From Candidatus Aenigmatarchaeota archaeon (GTDB lineage Archaea > Aenigmatarchaeota > Aenigmatarchaeia > CG10238-14 > SpSt-28), in assembly GCA_039000985.1 (NCBI GenBank), contig JAWBMD010000005.1, forward strand, positions 1 through 55,520: a DNA stretch of 55,520 nt, given 5' to 3'. Below the pieces are notes generated by a model. It made no database searches. It worked only from the letters and a program-made list of their open reading frames with translations, and was not told the origin of the DNA. The position numbers and the translations under genes were made by a program. This document shows positions 1 to 9,165 of the stretch, piece after piece (positions within the stretch are counted from its first letter, which is position 1; each line of letters starts with the position of its first letter).

Positions 1-2910
1 TGAATAATTTAATAGCTCTGCAAGCGTTGATAAATAATATTCAAAAGTTTTTAATGGAATTATTGGTTTTAGTTCCTCTGTTAAGTAATCATCAGTTTCA
101 AAAATTATTGTGTTGTTTATTAAAGAATAATTAATGAAGAAAGTTAAATTAAAAGAGCAAATACCATTAATACATTCTAAAACTTTTGAACTATTTTCAT
201 CTATAATTTCTGGATCTTTATAAATGTGGGGATCTCCAAAAAGCATCATTGATAAAGAATTTCTTTTATTTGGATTTGTTAAAATTAAATGATTAACAGC
301 TTTCAAAAAAGCTTTTCCCAAATTGTTTTCATTTTTAAAGAAAACACTTTCAAAAGCAGAAGAGGGGAAGAAATCTTTATGCTTTGATGAACTACCTATA
401 TATGATACTGCCCCTTTCTCCAAAAAACCTTTTGTTAAATCGCTAACAGCTGCATTTGGTGAATTATCAAAAACAAGTTTTAAATTATTAAACGGAATAT
501 CATTATAACCAAACGCTTCACTACCATCATATCTATAATTAGTTATTATAGATAACCAAGTTTCATAATCTAATACGCCATCTTCAGCTGGTAATCTACT
601 TGGTAAAATCCAGTGTGTTTTATTGTTAAAACCAACATAATAAAGAATTGATTTATCTTTAATGTTTTCAATTAAATTTTCTTTTGTTAGTTGCTTCCAT
701 GGTGGTGGCCAAATTTTAATTAATGTATCAATGCCCAAATCTCCTGTTATTACATCATCTATTATTGACCATAAATTCTGTGGAAATGTATCCCAGTTAT
801 ATTCGTAATAAGCTTCCAATCCTTGCTCAATGAATTGAAGACCTTTTAATATAATTAGAACTTTAGAAATTATAACAGCTATCTTTCCTCCAAGAATTGA
901 TTTTAATTTCTTTTCAATTTTTTTAACTGTTGTTAGAAATATTGAAATATCCTTACGAGATAAACTTTTTAAGAAAGCTTCTATATTACTTCTTTTTTCA
1001 ACTAATCTATCAACATCATAACCTTGTTTTTCTAAAATTTCTGCAACATTTCTACCTTGTAACATACCTCCACCCAAAGTTAAAAGAATTACTAAATAAT
1101 TTGAATTTAAATACTCACTAGCAACTAAAGCTTTTTTGTTATCATCTAAAAAAGAGCGAACAAAAACTAAAGACGCTATCGTTGTATTCTCTGGCAATCT
1201 AGATACAGAAACATCAATTATACCATTTTCATCTAAATCACCATATAATACATCACTTTCAAAATCCTTTATATTAAAACTTTTTACTCTATCCATTAAT
1301 AATAAATAAGCTGAATCAATTGGATATTTTGGATTAGAAGTGAAAAATCCTTTAGCAGTTAATCTTTCAACTGCATCAATTATATCTTCTTTTACTTTTG
1401 TTGAATTTGTTGCACTTGTAAAAACAACAAATGCATTTTTCTGCGAAGCTATTAAAACAGCCAAAGGATTATGATTAGAAACAATTAAAAAGTTTGTATT
1501 ATTTAACAAATTTAAATACTTATCTTCAAGCTCTCCAACACTTTCACTGCAAAATTTATAATCTTCATCAGCATAAGTTTTATTAAAAACTACTGGTTTA
1601 TCTAAAGCACTTGCAATTAATGCTGCTCTTAAATACATTCCTTTTAAATTGCTATGACCTTCACATACATAAACTCCTTTCCTACCTAAAAAGAATCTTT
1701 GATAAACATCATTAAAATTCTCTAGCTTTTCTACATTTTGAATAACTTCATAACCAGAAACATTTCCAACAACCACAACATTTGTTGGATTAAATGATTT
1801 TATGAAGTGAAGAATGTTCTCATCTATACTATTAGATATAATAGTTGGTCTTTTTAATGGAGCTAAAGATAAAATATTTTTCCAATCTTCATCTGAAATA
1901 AAAAGAGTTCTTTCTTTAAGAAGTGGTGGAGAATAAATTAAAATTGTAGTGGAATTTTCCACAGATTGATTTTCATAGTTAATTTTTACCTTTAAATTCC
2001 TTTCTCCAAATAAATTAGAAGGTAAAACAGTTGTGAGCAAATAAGATCCATTTAAAAAATTGTGAAAATCGAGAATAGAAAGATTTTGGTCATCTAACAA
2101 TAATTGAAAGTTTGATTGATTTAAGTCTATTAGTGGTGTTAAGTTATAGGAAACTTCTGAATAAATATTAATTGTTTCACTAGCAAAAGCTTGAGAGGGA
2201 GAAGAAATAAAAAGCTTTGGTATCATATGTTTAATGCCAAAAAACAAAATAGAATCATATTCATTACTACTACAATCACTCCCGCTGCAATATCCATTTC
2301 TACTACACCATGGTGAATTTACACCAATACCTTTAATCTTTTCAACTGATGAAATAAAATAAGTATATATTAATTCGTCATCAAAAAACATTTTAAAACG
2401 ACCACTTTCAAAAACTAATGTAAAATTATGCCAACTATTATAACCTGGATTATAACCATCTTTTTCGAATTTCGTCTCACTACCAATAAAAAACTTAAAT
2501 TTATTATCATATCCATCGCCCCACCATGCATATTCGTGTGAATCTGTACTAACAATAATGTGTAAACTTCCAATATCTCCATTAATCCATCTACCCCTTG
2601 ATTGAGCAATCCAGTAAGTAAAATCGTTAGAAGTATTAAAATAATACCTTATCCATGCTGTCTTGTAACATACATTCCTTAAAATAACCGTGGAACTAGT
2701 GAAACTTATATAATTTTCACTACCGATTATGGTCCACCCGCTTTCTTCGAATGATGTAAGATTATAATTTTCTAGTTCGTCTAAAAAACTAAAGAAGTTA
2801 TAATTATCAAGTTGTGAAGGAAGGGATAACACACATGATAAAAACAAAAATGAAAGAAATAAATTGAAAGTTGCAAACTTACCTTTTAAGTATTTTACAC
2901 ATTTTATCAT
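1..2910 (-). CDS. Large secreted surface protein, partial (C-terminus lies beyond the window edge): signal peptide + LamG/concanavalin-like region + peptidase C25 (gingipain)-like domain
   Basis: Absent from the ORF track because it has no in-window stop. I phased the minus strand on ATG at 2910-2908 and checked every in-phase triplet from 1 to 2910. There is no TTA/CTA/TCA, so about 970 codons are open, and an in-frame stop lies upstream at 2938-2940. The N-terminus MIKCVKYLKGKFATFNLFLSFLFLSCVLS looks like a signal peptide. WHNFTLVFESGRFKMFFDDELIY is LamG-like. LYGDLDENGIIDVSVSRLP, EKGAVSYIGSS and MLFGDPHIY are C25-like. Confidence 0.6.
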   Translation of the reverse strand, partial: MIKCVKYLKGKFATFNLFLSFLFLSCVLSLPSQLDNYNFFSFLDELENYNLTSFEESGWTIIGSENYISFTSSTVILRNVCYKTAWIRYYFNTSNDFTYWIAQSRGRWINGDIGSLHIIVSTDSHEYAWWGDGYDNKFKFFIGSETKFEKDGYNPGYNSWHNFTLVFESGRFKMFFDDELIYTYFISSVEKIKGIGVNSPWCSRNGYCSGSDCSSNEYDSILFFGIKHMIPKLFISSPSQAFASETINIYSEVSYNLTPLIDLNQSNFQLLLDDQNLSILDFHNFLNGSYLLTTVLPSNLFGERNLKVKINYENQSVENSTTILIYSPPLLKERTLFISDEDWKNILSLAPLKRPTIISNSIDENILHFIKSFNPTNVVVVGNVSGYEVIQNVEKLENFNDVYQRFFLGRKGVYVCEGHSNLKGMYLRAALIASALDKPVVFNKTYADEDYKFCSESVGELEDKYLNLLNNTNFLIVSNHNPLAVLIASQKNAFVVFTSATNSTKVKEDIIDAVERLTAKGFFTSNPKYPIDSAYLLLMDRVKSFNIKDFESDVLYGDLDENGIIDVSVSRLPENTTIASLVFVRSFLDDNKKALVASEYLNSNYLVILLTLGGGMLQGRNVAEILEKQGYDVDRLVEKRSNIEAFLKSLSRKDISIFLTTVKKIEKKLKSILGGKIAVIISKVLIILKGLQFIEQGLEAYYEYNWDTFPQNLWSIIDDVITGDLGIDTLIKIWPPPWKQLTKENLIENIKDKSILYYVGFNNKTHWILPSRLPAEDGVLDYETWLSIITNYRYDGSEAFGYNDIPFNNLKLVFDNSPNAAVSDLTKGFLEKGAVSYIGSSSKHKDFFPSSAFESVFFKNENNLGKAFLKAVNHLILTNPNKRNSLSMMLFGDPHIYKDPEIIDENSSKVLECINGICSFNLTFFINYSLINNTIIFETDDYLTEELKPIIPLKTFEYYLSTLAELLNYS

Positions 2911-2984
2911 AAATCTATATTTAAAATTATCTACTATTTATTTTAATATTTTTAACTCTATAAGAAAACAACACATATCCCGAC

Positions 2985-3995
2985 CTAACATCTAACAACT
3001 ATGTGAGACTTTAAAACTTTATAGAATGTATACATAAAAGAGCAAATACCAAGTATATTCATAAAATGCTTAATAAAGTGAATGATAAATACCAAAAAAA
3101 AGAAGCTCAAACTTTTTTCCCTTTTTAAAACTTTAAGAGATACCATTATACTTAACATAAATAAAAAAAATAAGCCTACTAGAATAAATATTAAAAATAA
3201 ACTTAGATTAATAAAAATAAGAGCGAGAGAAGCTAAAAAACTCAAAAATACAAATATCTTCCATCCTAATATTTCTATTGCTGCTCTGGGTGATTTTATT
3301 ATCATCTCAAAACCGCCCAAACCGTAAAAAAACTGCTGCTTAATAAACTTTTTCAATGTATTTTTATAGAAATGTTCAAACCTTGCCTTACCAGTAGCAA
3401 GTATTTTCCAACCCTTTTTTCTCATCCTGTAATGCAGTTCTGGGTCCTCGCCCCAATTCAACTTCTCATCAAATAAACCTGCGTCTACAACTGCCTTTTT
3501 TCTCCATAAACAACACTCGCATGGTGTGTTTTTAACCTCCACATCGCCTCTCATAATAGCAGGAATTCTTACTTCTGAAATCTCTGCCATTCCTGGTATA
3601 TACCAAATTGCTTTGGCAATATAATTTTGATTCTTCGGATATACTTGAATAGCGCCGACACTACCTATTTTTGAACTAGTCCTAATAACCTTAACCAAGT
3701 TTTCAACACAATCTTTTTCTAATCTCGCGTCCGCGTTTAGACAAAGAATATAATCTGTTGATGTTTTAGATATAGCTATATTTCTTCCTTGTGACCTGTT
3801 ACAACCTTCTTTAACTATAAGTCTTATTGGATATTTTCGAGAAAGTCTCTTAATTAACTCGGTTGTACCATCTGTTGAACCGGCGTCTACAATAATTAAC
3901 CTCCTAGGAGGTAAAGTTTGATTAAAAATACTGGGAATAGAAATAATAAGATTTTCCTTTTCATTATAAACTGTCATTATAGCATCTATTTTCAT
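2985..3995 (-). CDS. Family 2 glycosyltransferase with C-terminal membrane helices
   Basis: 336-aa ORF. GT-A pattern: IDAIMTVYNEKENL, IIVDAGSTDGT, CLNADARLE. The last ~110 aa are hydrophobic helices. Confidence 0.85.
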   Translation of the reverse strand: MKIDAIMTVYNEKENLIISIPSIFNQTLPPRRLIIVDAGSTDGTTELIKRLSRKYPIRLIVKEGCNRSQGRNIAISKTSTDYILCLNADARLEKDCVENLVKVIRTSSKIGSVGAIQVYPKNQNYIAKAIWYIPGMAEISEVRIPAIMRGDVEVKNTPCECCLWRKKAVVDAGLFDEKLNWGEDPELHYRMRKKGWKILATGKARFEHFYKNTLKKFIKQQFFYGLGGFEMIIKSPRAAIEILGWKIFVFLSFLASLALIFINLSLFLIFILVGLFFLFMLSIMVSLKVLKREKSLSFFFLVFIIHFIKHFMNILGICSFMYTFYKVLKSHIVVRC

Positions 3996-4657
3996 AATTG
4001 TTTAATTTCAAAGTAAAAATTAAAAATTTAAGTACATCTATTTTACTAAACAAAAAACTGAAACCAACTAACAAAATCTTCAAATACTACTACTTATTAT
4101 ACATTTATACGTTCTGGAGAAGTATAAATTAAAATTGAAAACAAAAGATTAAATGCTTTACCTAATACTTTTTTATTCTTTCTTTTTATCTTATTGAGAC
4201 TATAGATATATTCATATTTGTAGATATAACCATTCTCCTTTTTAGTTTATTAATTATAAATCTTTTGACCCTGTCTAACTTAATCACTATACTATTTCTG
4301 ACAGATATAAAGAGAAGTGGATATACACTTCTGCTAATGATTACCCTTTTTATCATTCAGATGTTTAGTTACACTTTGTTACAAATAATAACTAAAAGAA
4401 CTATCGAAAATTGAATACAGTTGAAATCTTCTTAATTTACAGATCTCTTCTAATTTTTATAACTGTGTTTTACAAATAAGTTGAAGTAAAAAATTACAAT
4501 TATCTTTTATATTATCTTTAAGTTATAGTTATCTAATAAACTCGGAGCGTTTTCTTTCTAACTTTTATTCTAGTTTTTCGTATAAGAATATATTTTAAAA
4601 ATTGTCTAGAAGTTAACATTTAAAAAAATTAAATTCTCTATAAATTTATAAGCTAAA

Positions 4658-5755
4658 TCAAAATAAAATTTTCTTGAAATTTTTCTTAAAACTCTTAATA
4701 TCAAACCTCTTTGAACTTTTTATACATTCTTTAACACTGAAGTCATAACTATCGAATGTTTTAATTATTTTCATTAAATTATCCTCATATGGAGGTTCGA
4801 TTATTAGACCGGTCTTTTCATGTACAATAGTTTCTGGCAAACCCCCTTCCTTGCTTACAATAGCTGGCTTTCCTGAAGCATTTGCTTCAACTGGCACAAT
4901 ACCAAAAGGTTCCATCTCAGATATGTAAATTACTGCCTTACACTCAGCATATAGTTGTCTCAATTTTTTATCTGAAACTGTTCCGAGATAAACTATATTC
5001 TTATGTTTTAAAGCTAATTTTTCAATATAATTTGAAAGTGGTCCAGAACCTACTATTGTTAATTTTTCATCAGTAAGTTTGGTAAAAACTCTAGCAACTA
5101 CTTGAACCCTTTTGTGTGGATATAATCTACTTACTAGAAGAAAAAAACCACCTATTTTCTTAAAATAAAACTTTTTTGTGTCAACAGGTGGATAAACTAC
5201 ATTTTCAACTTTTACATTAAAGTAATCTTCATAAATTTTTTTTGTGTAATTGGAGTTTGCAATTATCTTATCCATACTTAAAATTCCATCTTTTTCTAGT
5301 TTTCTAAGAAAAATCTTGTAAAATAAGCTATAAAATCTTGATGAAATTTTGCCCTTATAGCTTTCTCTTTTTAACACATAACTTAAAGGCTCTGTCTGTA
5401 TGTAATAGATCTTTGGAATGTTAAGAAACTTCGTGAAGAATACAGAGTAAAATCCTGAAAAAATCGCAATATCGAAAATCTCATTAAATAAATTTTTAAT
5501 ATTTTTTAGTTGTCTGTCAAAAAAGAAAGAAGCCCCAAATAATTTTAAAGGCTTTATGTGAACAGCAATTTTGTTTAAAATGTTATTATTATAAAATATC
5601 TTAGAAGTCTTAAAGCTATCGTAAGTTAAATCCTTCTCATAAAACCAAGTAACTATAGATGCATTCAAAAATTTGCTTAAAATATCTACAACTCTCTCCC
5701 CACCACCCCTTTCTATTAAAAAATCATGAAAAATTATGCATCTTCGTTTTTTCAC
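4658..5755 (-). CDS. Family 4 (GT-B) glycosyltransferase
   Basis: 365-aa ORF with a GT4 C-terminal signature, EPFGIVPVEANASGKPAIVSKEGGLPETIVHEKTGLII. It has a 4-nt overlap with the upstream methyltransferase gene. Confidence 0.85.
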   Translation of the reverse strand: MKKRRCIIFHDFLIERGGGERVVDILSKFLNASIVTWFYEKDLTYDSFKTSKIFYNNNILNKIAVHIKPLKLFGASFFFDRQLKNIKNLFNEIFDIAIFSGFYSVFFTKFLNIPKIYYIQTEPLSYVLKRESYKGKISSRFYSLFYKIFLRKLEKDGILSMDKIIANSNYTKKIYEDYFNVKVENVVYPPVDTKKFYFKKIGGFFLLVSRLYPHKRVQVVARVFTKLTDEKLTIVGSGPLSNYIEKLALKHKNIVYLGTVSDKKLRQLYAECKAVIYISEMEPFGIVPVEANASGKPAIVSKEGGLPETIVHEKTGLIIEPPYEDNLMKIIKTFDSYDFSVKECIKSSKRFDIKSFKKNFKKILF

Positions 5756-6309
5756 TTCCTTCCAACTATTTTTATTCTGGGATATGCCAAATTCTCAAAA
5801 ATCTTAGTAAATGCCAAAAACCTACAAATCAAATTAAATATAGGCCTGAATTTTCCTAATTCTTCATTTTTTGGAAATGGTAAATATTCTATGCTTTCTA
5901 TTTTCAGATTAATTCTTTTGAAATGATTAACAAGATGCTGTTTTGTAAATAAACAATAGTGTGTATCCAGATTACCTCTACCTTTATAGAAACTAAGCCT
6001 TTTTAATTTGAGCTTAGGCAAAACGTGTGTCCCAAAAATATGGAACTCATAAAAACCTGCATTATCAGTTATTATAATAATTTTCCCTCCTGGTTTACAA
6101 ACCCTTTTCATCTCTTCTAGAACAAACCCAGGGTTTCTCAAATGCTCGAAGAGATTTTTAGAATAAACTATGTCGAACCTGTTAGACCATTCTTTAGGTA
6201 AGCCCTTCTCTATATCAAAAACATGAGTTGTAGTTTTAGATGGATATAAATCAACCCTTATATCTCCGTAATCATCCTCGCCGCACCCCAAATTTAAAAT
6301 TAGAACCAT
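5752..6309 (-). CDS. Small class I SAM-dependent methyltransferase (paralog of 8644..9165)
   Basis: ILNLGCGEDDYG is motif I. KNLFEHLRNPGFVLEEMKRVCKPGGKIIIITDN follows. The HYCLF motif is shared with the paralog. Confidence 0.8.
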   Translation of the reverse strand: MVLILNLGCGEDDYGDIRVDLYPSKTTTHVFDIEKGLPKEWSNRFDIVYSKNLFEHLRNPGFVLEEMKRVCKPGGKIIIITDNAGFYEFHIFGTHVLPKLKLKRLSFYKGRGNLDTHYCLFTKQHLVNHFKRINLKIESIEYLPFPKNEELGKFRPIFNLICRFLAFTKIFENLAYPRIKIVGRK

Positions 6310-6408
6310 ATAGTTAATTAAAAAATATCTATTAAATATGATTTGTAAGAAAAGGGAGCGGATGAAACTCGATTTTTTATCACTTCTTACTAAATAGTTT
6401 AATTGAAA

Positions 6409-7635
6409 CTAAATAAAATAATGAGGAATAAATGCGACTTTTGTGCTATTAATTTTCTCAACTCCAAATTTTCCAAAAGTAAAAACTATTGCAAATTCCG
6501 GCTTATATGCTTTAATAAAACTAATAAATCCTCTACTCAATTTAAAATCCCTACACTTCACTTCAATTGGAATTATTTTTGAATTTAATGTTAAAATAAA
6601 ATCGATTTCGGCTTTTCCTGTAGTTCTCCAAAAGTTTAATTTTTCGAAATAATTTCTCAATTGAATAAAAACAAAATTTTCAAGCAATTTTCCAAAATCA
6701 TATCTTCCTTCTAAAGAACTAAAATCATTTAATATCGAATTCCTTAATCCAGTATCTAAAAAATAAATTTTCTTTGCTTTTCTTAATTCAGTAACAATAT
6801 TTTTAAAAAATGGTGAAAGAAAAATAGTAATGTAAGTTTGTTCTAAAATCGATAAATAAGATTCAAGTGTTTTATAATCTATCCTTAAATTTTGACAAAT
6901 AGTTGAATAATTAACTAAATTCCCTATGCTAAAACTTAAAAATTTCATTATTTTTAATTTTAAGAAAATAGAAAACGTCTCTCTCCAAATAAGTTCTTTT
7001 AAGATTTTTTAATAATTCTTTCTTTATGCTCAAATTACTTTCTTTAACAATAGCTGGAAATCTACCAAACAAAATATATTCCTCAAACAATTCATAAAAT
7101 TCTTTTTCGAAAATTGGATTAGCTTCTAATTTTCCTTCTTCAATAAAAGTTAAAAAAGAACTAAAATACTCTTTAAAAATTCTGCAAAGATCTTTTGCTT
7201 TCCAAAGCAAAAATTCCTCGAAACTAAGTGGAAGTAGCTCTAAATAAATTGCCCTGCCAACTAAATGTTTTCCTATTTCCACTTTTACATCAAAAGAACC
7301 AGAGCCACTTGTAATTACTTTTAGCTTTTCTTTGTATAAATCAAAAATTAACTTTAGCCTTTTTCCTATATTCATAACATATTGAGCTTCATCTAAAAGC
7401 AAAATTCGTTTGCCTTTTTCTATTAGCCTTTCTATAGCAATTTTAACATCCTTCTCAAAAGCACTCTTCCATTCCTCATCTTCAAGAGTAATATATTCTG
7501 AATTTTCTGTTATTTCTTTTAAATGTAAAAGAGTTGTGGTTTTTCCGCTTTGTCTTGGACCTTTAATAATTATATACTATTTTCTTTTTAATCGTTACTC
7601 CAATTTTTGTCTATTTTTCTTGGATAATATTCCAT
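6409..7635 (-). pseudogene. Decayed AAA+ ATPase with C-terminal PD-(D/E)xK-like (DUF4143-type) domain; paralog of 15789..17027
   Basis: The gene survives in three pieces. The N-terminal piece is MEYYPRKIDKNWSND-stop. After a frame change it continues LKRK-TAG(7577-7579)-YIIIKGPRQSGKTTTLL (Walker A) ...LLLDEAQYV (Walker B). A further 1-nt frame change near 6940-6950 (KIKNNEIFKF-stop versus MKFLSFSIG) joins the C-terminal part, which carries AEIDFIL...IIPIEVK. Confidence 0.75.
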
Positions 7636-7765
7636 AAATAATTCTATTAAAATTGGAATATTTATTTGTTATTCCTATTAATTCGTTAATTTTAGTGGTA
7701 AAGTTAAATGAATTAGTAATAAAGCTTAAAAAATAGGAAACCATCTAATAAGCTTATAAAAGAAT

Positions 7766-8647
7766 TTATTTTGTCGTTTCTGTTCTTTCCCAAATTTTTT
7801 CAAAAGGTTTTTCCCTGAAAATTAGCCAATAAGCTCTGAGCCAAGCTAATAAGTAAATTAATCCAACAAAAATCATTTTACAAAATTTTCTCATTCCATA
7901 AGCTTTAAATAAATCTTTTACTCCAATTGAAATTTCAGTTGAGATTTTTCTTGCTTCAAAACCAAACCACTTTTTTAACTGTAAAAATCCTGCTCTTGTT
8001 CTTGACTTTTGCTTTATAAAATCTGTTATAGTAGAAGGAAATTTAACATAAACTTTTGCTTTGGGCTCATATTTTATCAAATATCCTTTTGATTTAATCA
8101 AATAACCAATTAAAGCATCGTCACTTAAAGCATTGGGAGGAATTTGTTTTACTAAACCGTTTCTTATAGCATACAAATAGCCAGTGGGATGCCAAAGCTC
8201 ATTTTTCTTATCTTGCGATTTTCTCATTTTATCAAAAACTTTTTCACTCAACTTTGCCCATTCATAAAATAAAGAATCTTTTGAAATTCGATAGACAACA
8301 TTTCCGCTAACAGCAGCAACTTTTGGATTCTTAAAATGCTTTAATAAAAAAGAAATTGAATTTTTTCCTAGTATCACATCACCATCTGTTAAAACTAAAA
8401 ATTTTCCTTTAACTTTTTTAAAAAGTAAGTTTAAGGCAGTTGGTTTTCCTTTGCCAGGATCTCTTATTAATTTTATCTGTCTATATTTTTTCATATATTG
8501 TTTTACAATATTAGCTGTTGGCTTATCCGGACAAGAAACTATTATTTCATAATTTCTGAGATTTTGAGATAAAATAGAATTCAAGCATTTACTTATACTT
8601 ATTTCTTCTTTGAAAGCTGTGATTCCTATAGAAAGCATTTTTATCAC
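7766..8647 (-). CDS. Family 2 glycosyltransferase
   Basis: 293 aa. Motifs: SIGITAFKEE..., VLTDGDVIL (DxD), and a C-terminal hydrophobic segment. It has a 4-nt overlap with the methyltransferase gene upstream. Confidence 0.85.
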   Translation of the reverse strand: MIKMLSIGITAFKEEISISKCLNSILSQNLRNYEIIVSCPDKPTANIVKQYMKKYRQIKLIRDPGKGKPTALNLLFKKVKGKFLVLTDGDVILGKNSISFLLKHFKNPKVAAVSGNVVYRISKDSLFYEWAKLSEKVFDKMRKSQDKKNELWHPTGYLYAIRNGLVKQIPPNALSDDALIGYLIKSKGYLIKYEPKAKVYVKFPSTITDFIKQKSRTRAGFLQLKKWFGFEARKISTEISIGVKDLFKAYGMRKFCKMIFVGLIYLLAWLRAYWLIFREKPFEKIWERTETTK

Positions 8648-9165
8648 TTAAAACCAATTATCTCAAATTGTTTAAACCCCATTCTCCTAAATGGGGTAAG
8701 TTGTAAGATTTTATCGATTAAAAAAACTAAAAAATTATCGCTTCTACTAATGAATTTAAATCTAACTCTTTTTAATCCCAAACGTTTAAAATAATTTAAT
8801 AAATGTTCTGGTACAAATAAGCAATAATGTTTATCTTCTTTAAAACCACGATAACCACCATGATGCGTTCTCCCTATACACCAAACCCAATATGATGCGT
8901 TATCGGTAATTAAAACAATTCTACCACCTTTCTTAAGAACCCTGTACATTTCTTTTAAGGCAAAACCTGGATTAGTCAAATGTTCGAGAAGATTTTTTGA
9001 ATAAACTTCATCAAAGAAATTATTAGGATATGGTAATTTTTCTTTGTCAACATCCACTTTTTTAACTTCAACTCTAGCGGGATATTTATCAACAAAATCT
9101 GTTCCATAAGTATCTCTTCCACAACCTACGTTTAGAATTTTTTTATTTTTCAAGAATCTCTTCAT
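8644..9165 (-). CDS. Small class I SAM-dependent methyltransferase (paralog of 5752..6309)
   Basis: ILNVGCGRDTYG, KNLLEHLTNPGFALKEMYRVLKKGGRIVLITDN and HYCLF. It overlaps the 3' end of the upstream GT4 gene. Confidence 0.8.
   Translation of the reverse strand: MKRFLKNKKILNVGCGRDTYGTDFVDKYPARVEVKKVDVDKEKLPYPNNFFDEVYSKNLLEHLTNPGFALKEMYRVLKKGGRIVLITDNASYWVWCIGRTHHGGYRGFKEDKHYCLFVPEHLLNYFKRLGLKRVRFKFISRSDNFLVFLIDKILQLTPFRRMGFKQFEIIGFK

Noticed and set aside
323-2609. Track ORFs 323..508, 930..1121 and 2415..2609
   Set aside because: All three sit inside, in other frames or antisense to, the verified 970-codon minus-strand ORF that runs off the window edge.
7577-7579. In-frame TAG in the ATPase gene as possible recoding (e.g. 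pyrrolysine)
   Set aside because: The same gene also carries at least two frameshifts. No pyl genes are visible, and the intact paralog has an ordinary sense codon context. Decay is the simpler explanation.
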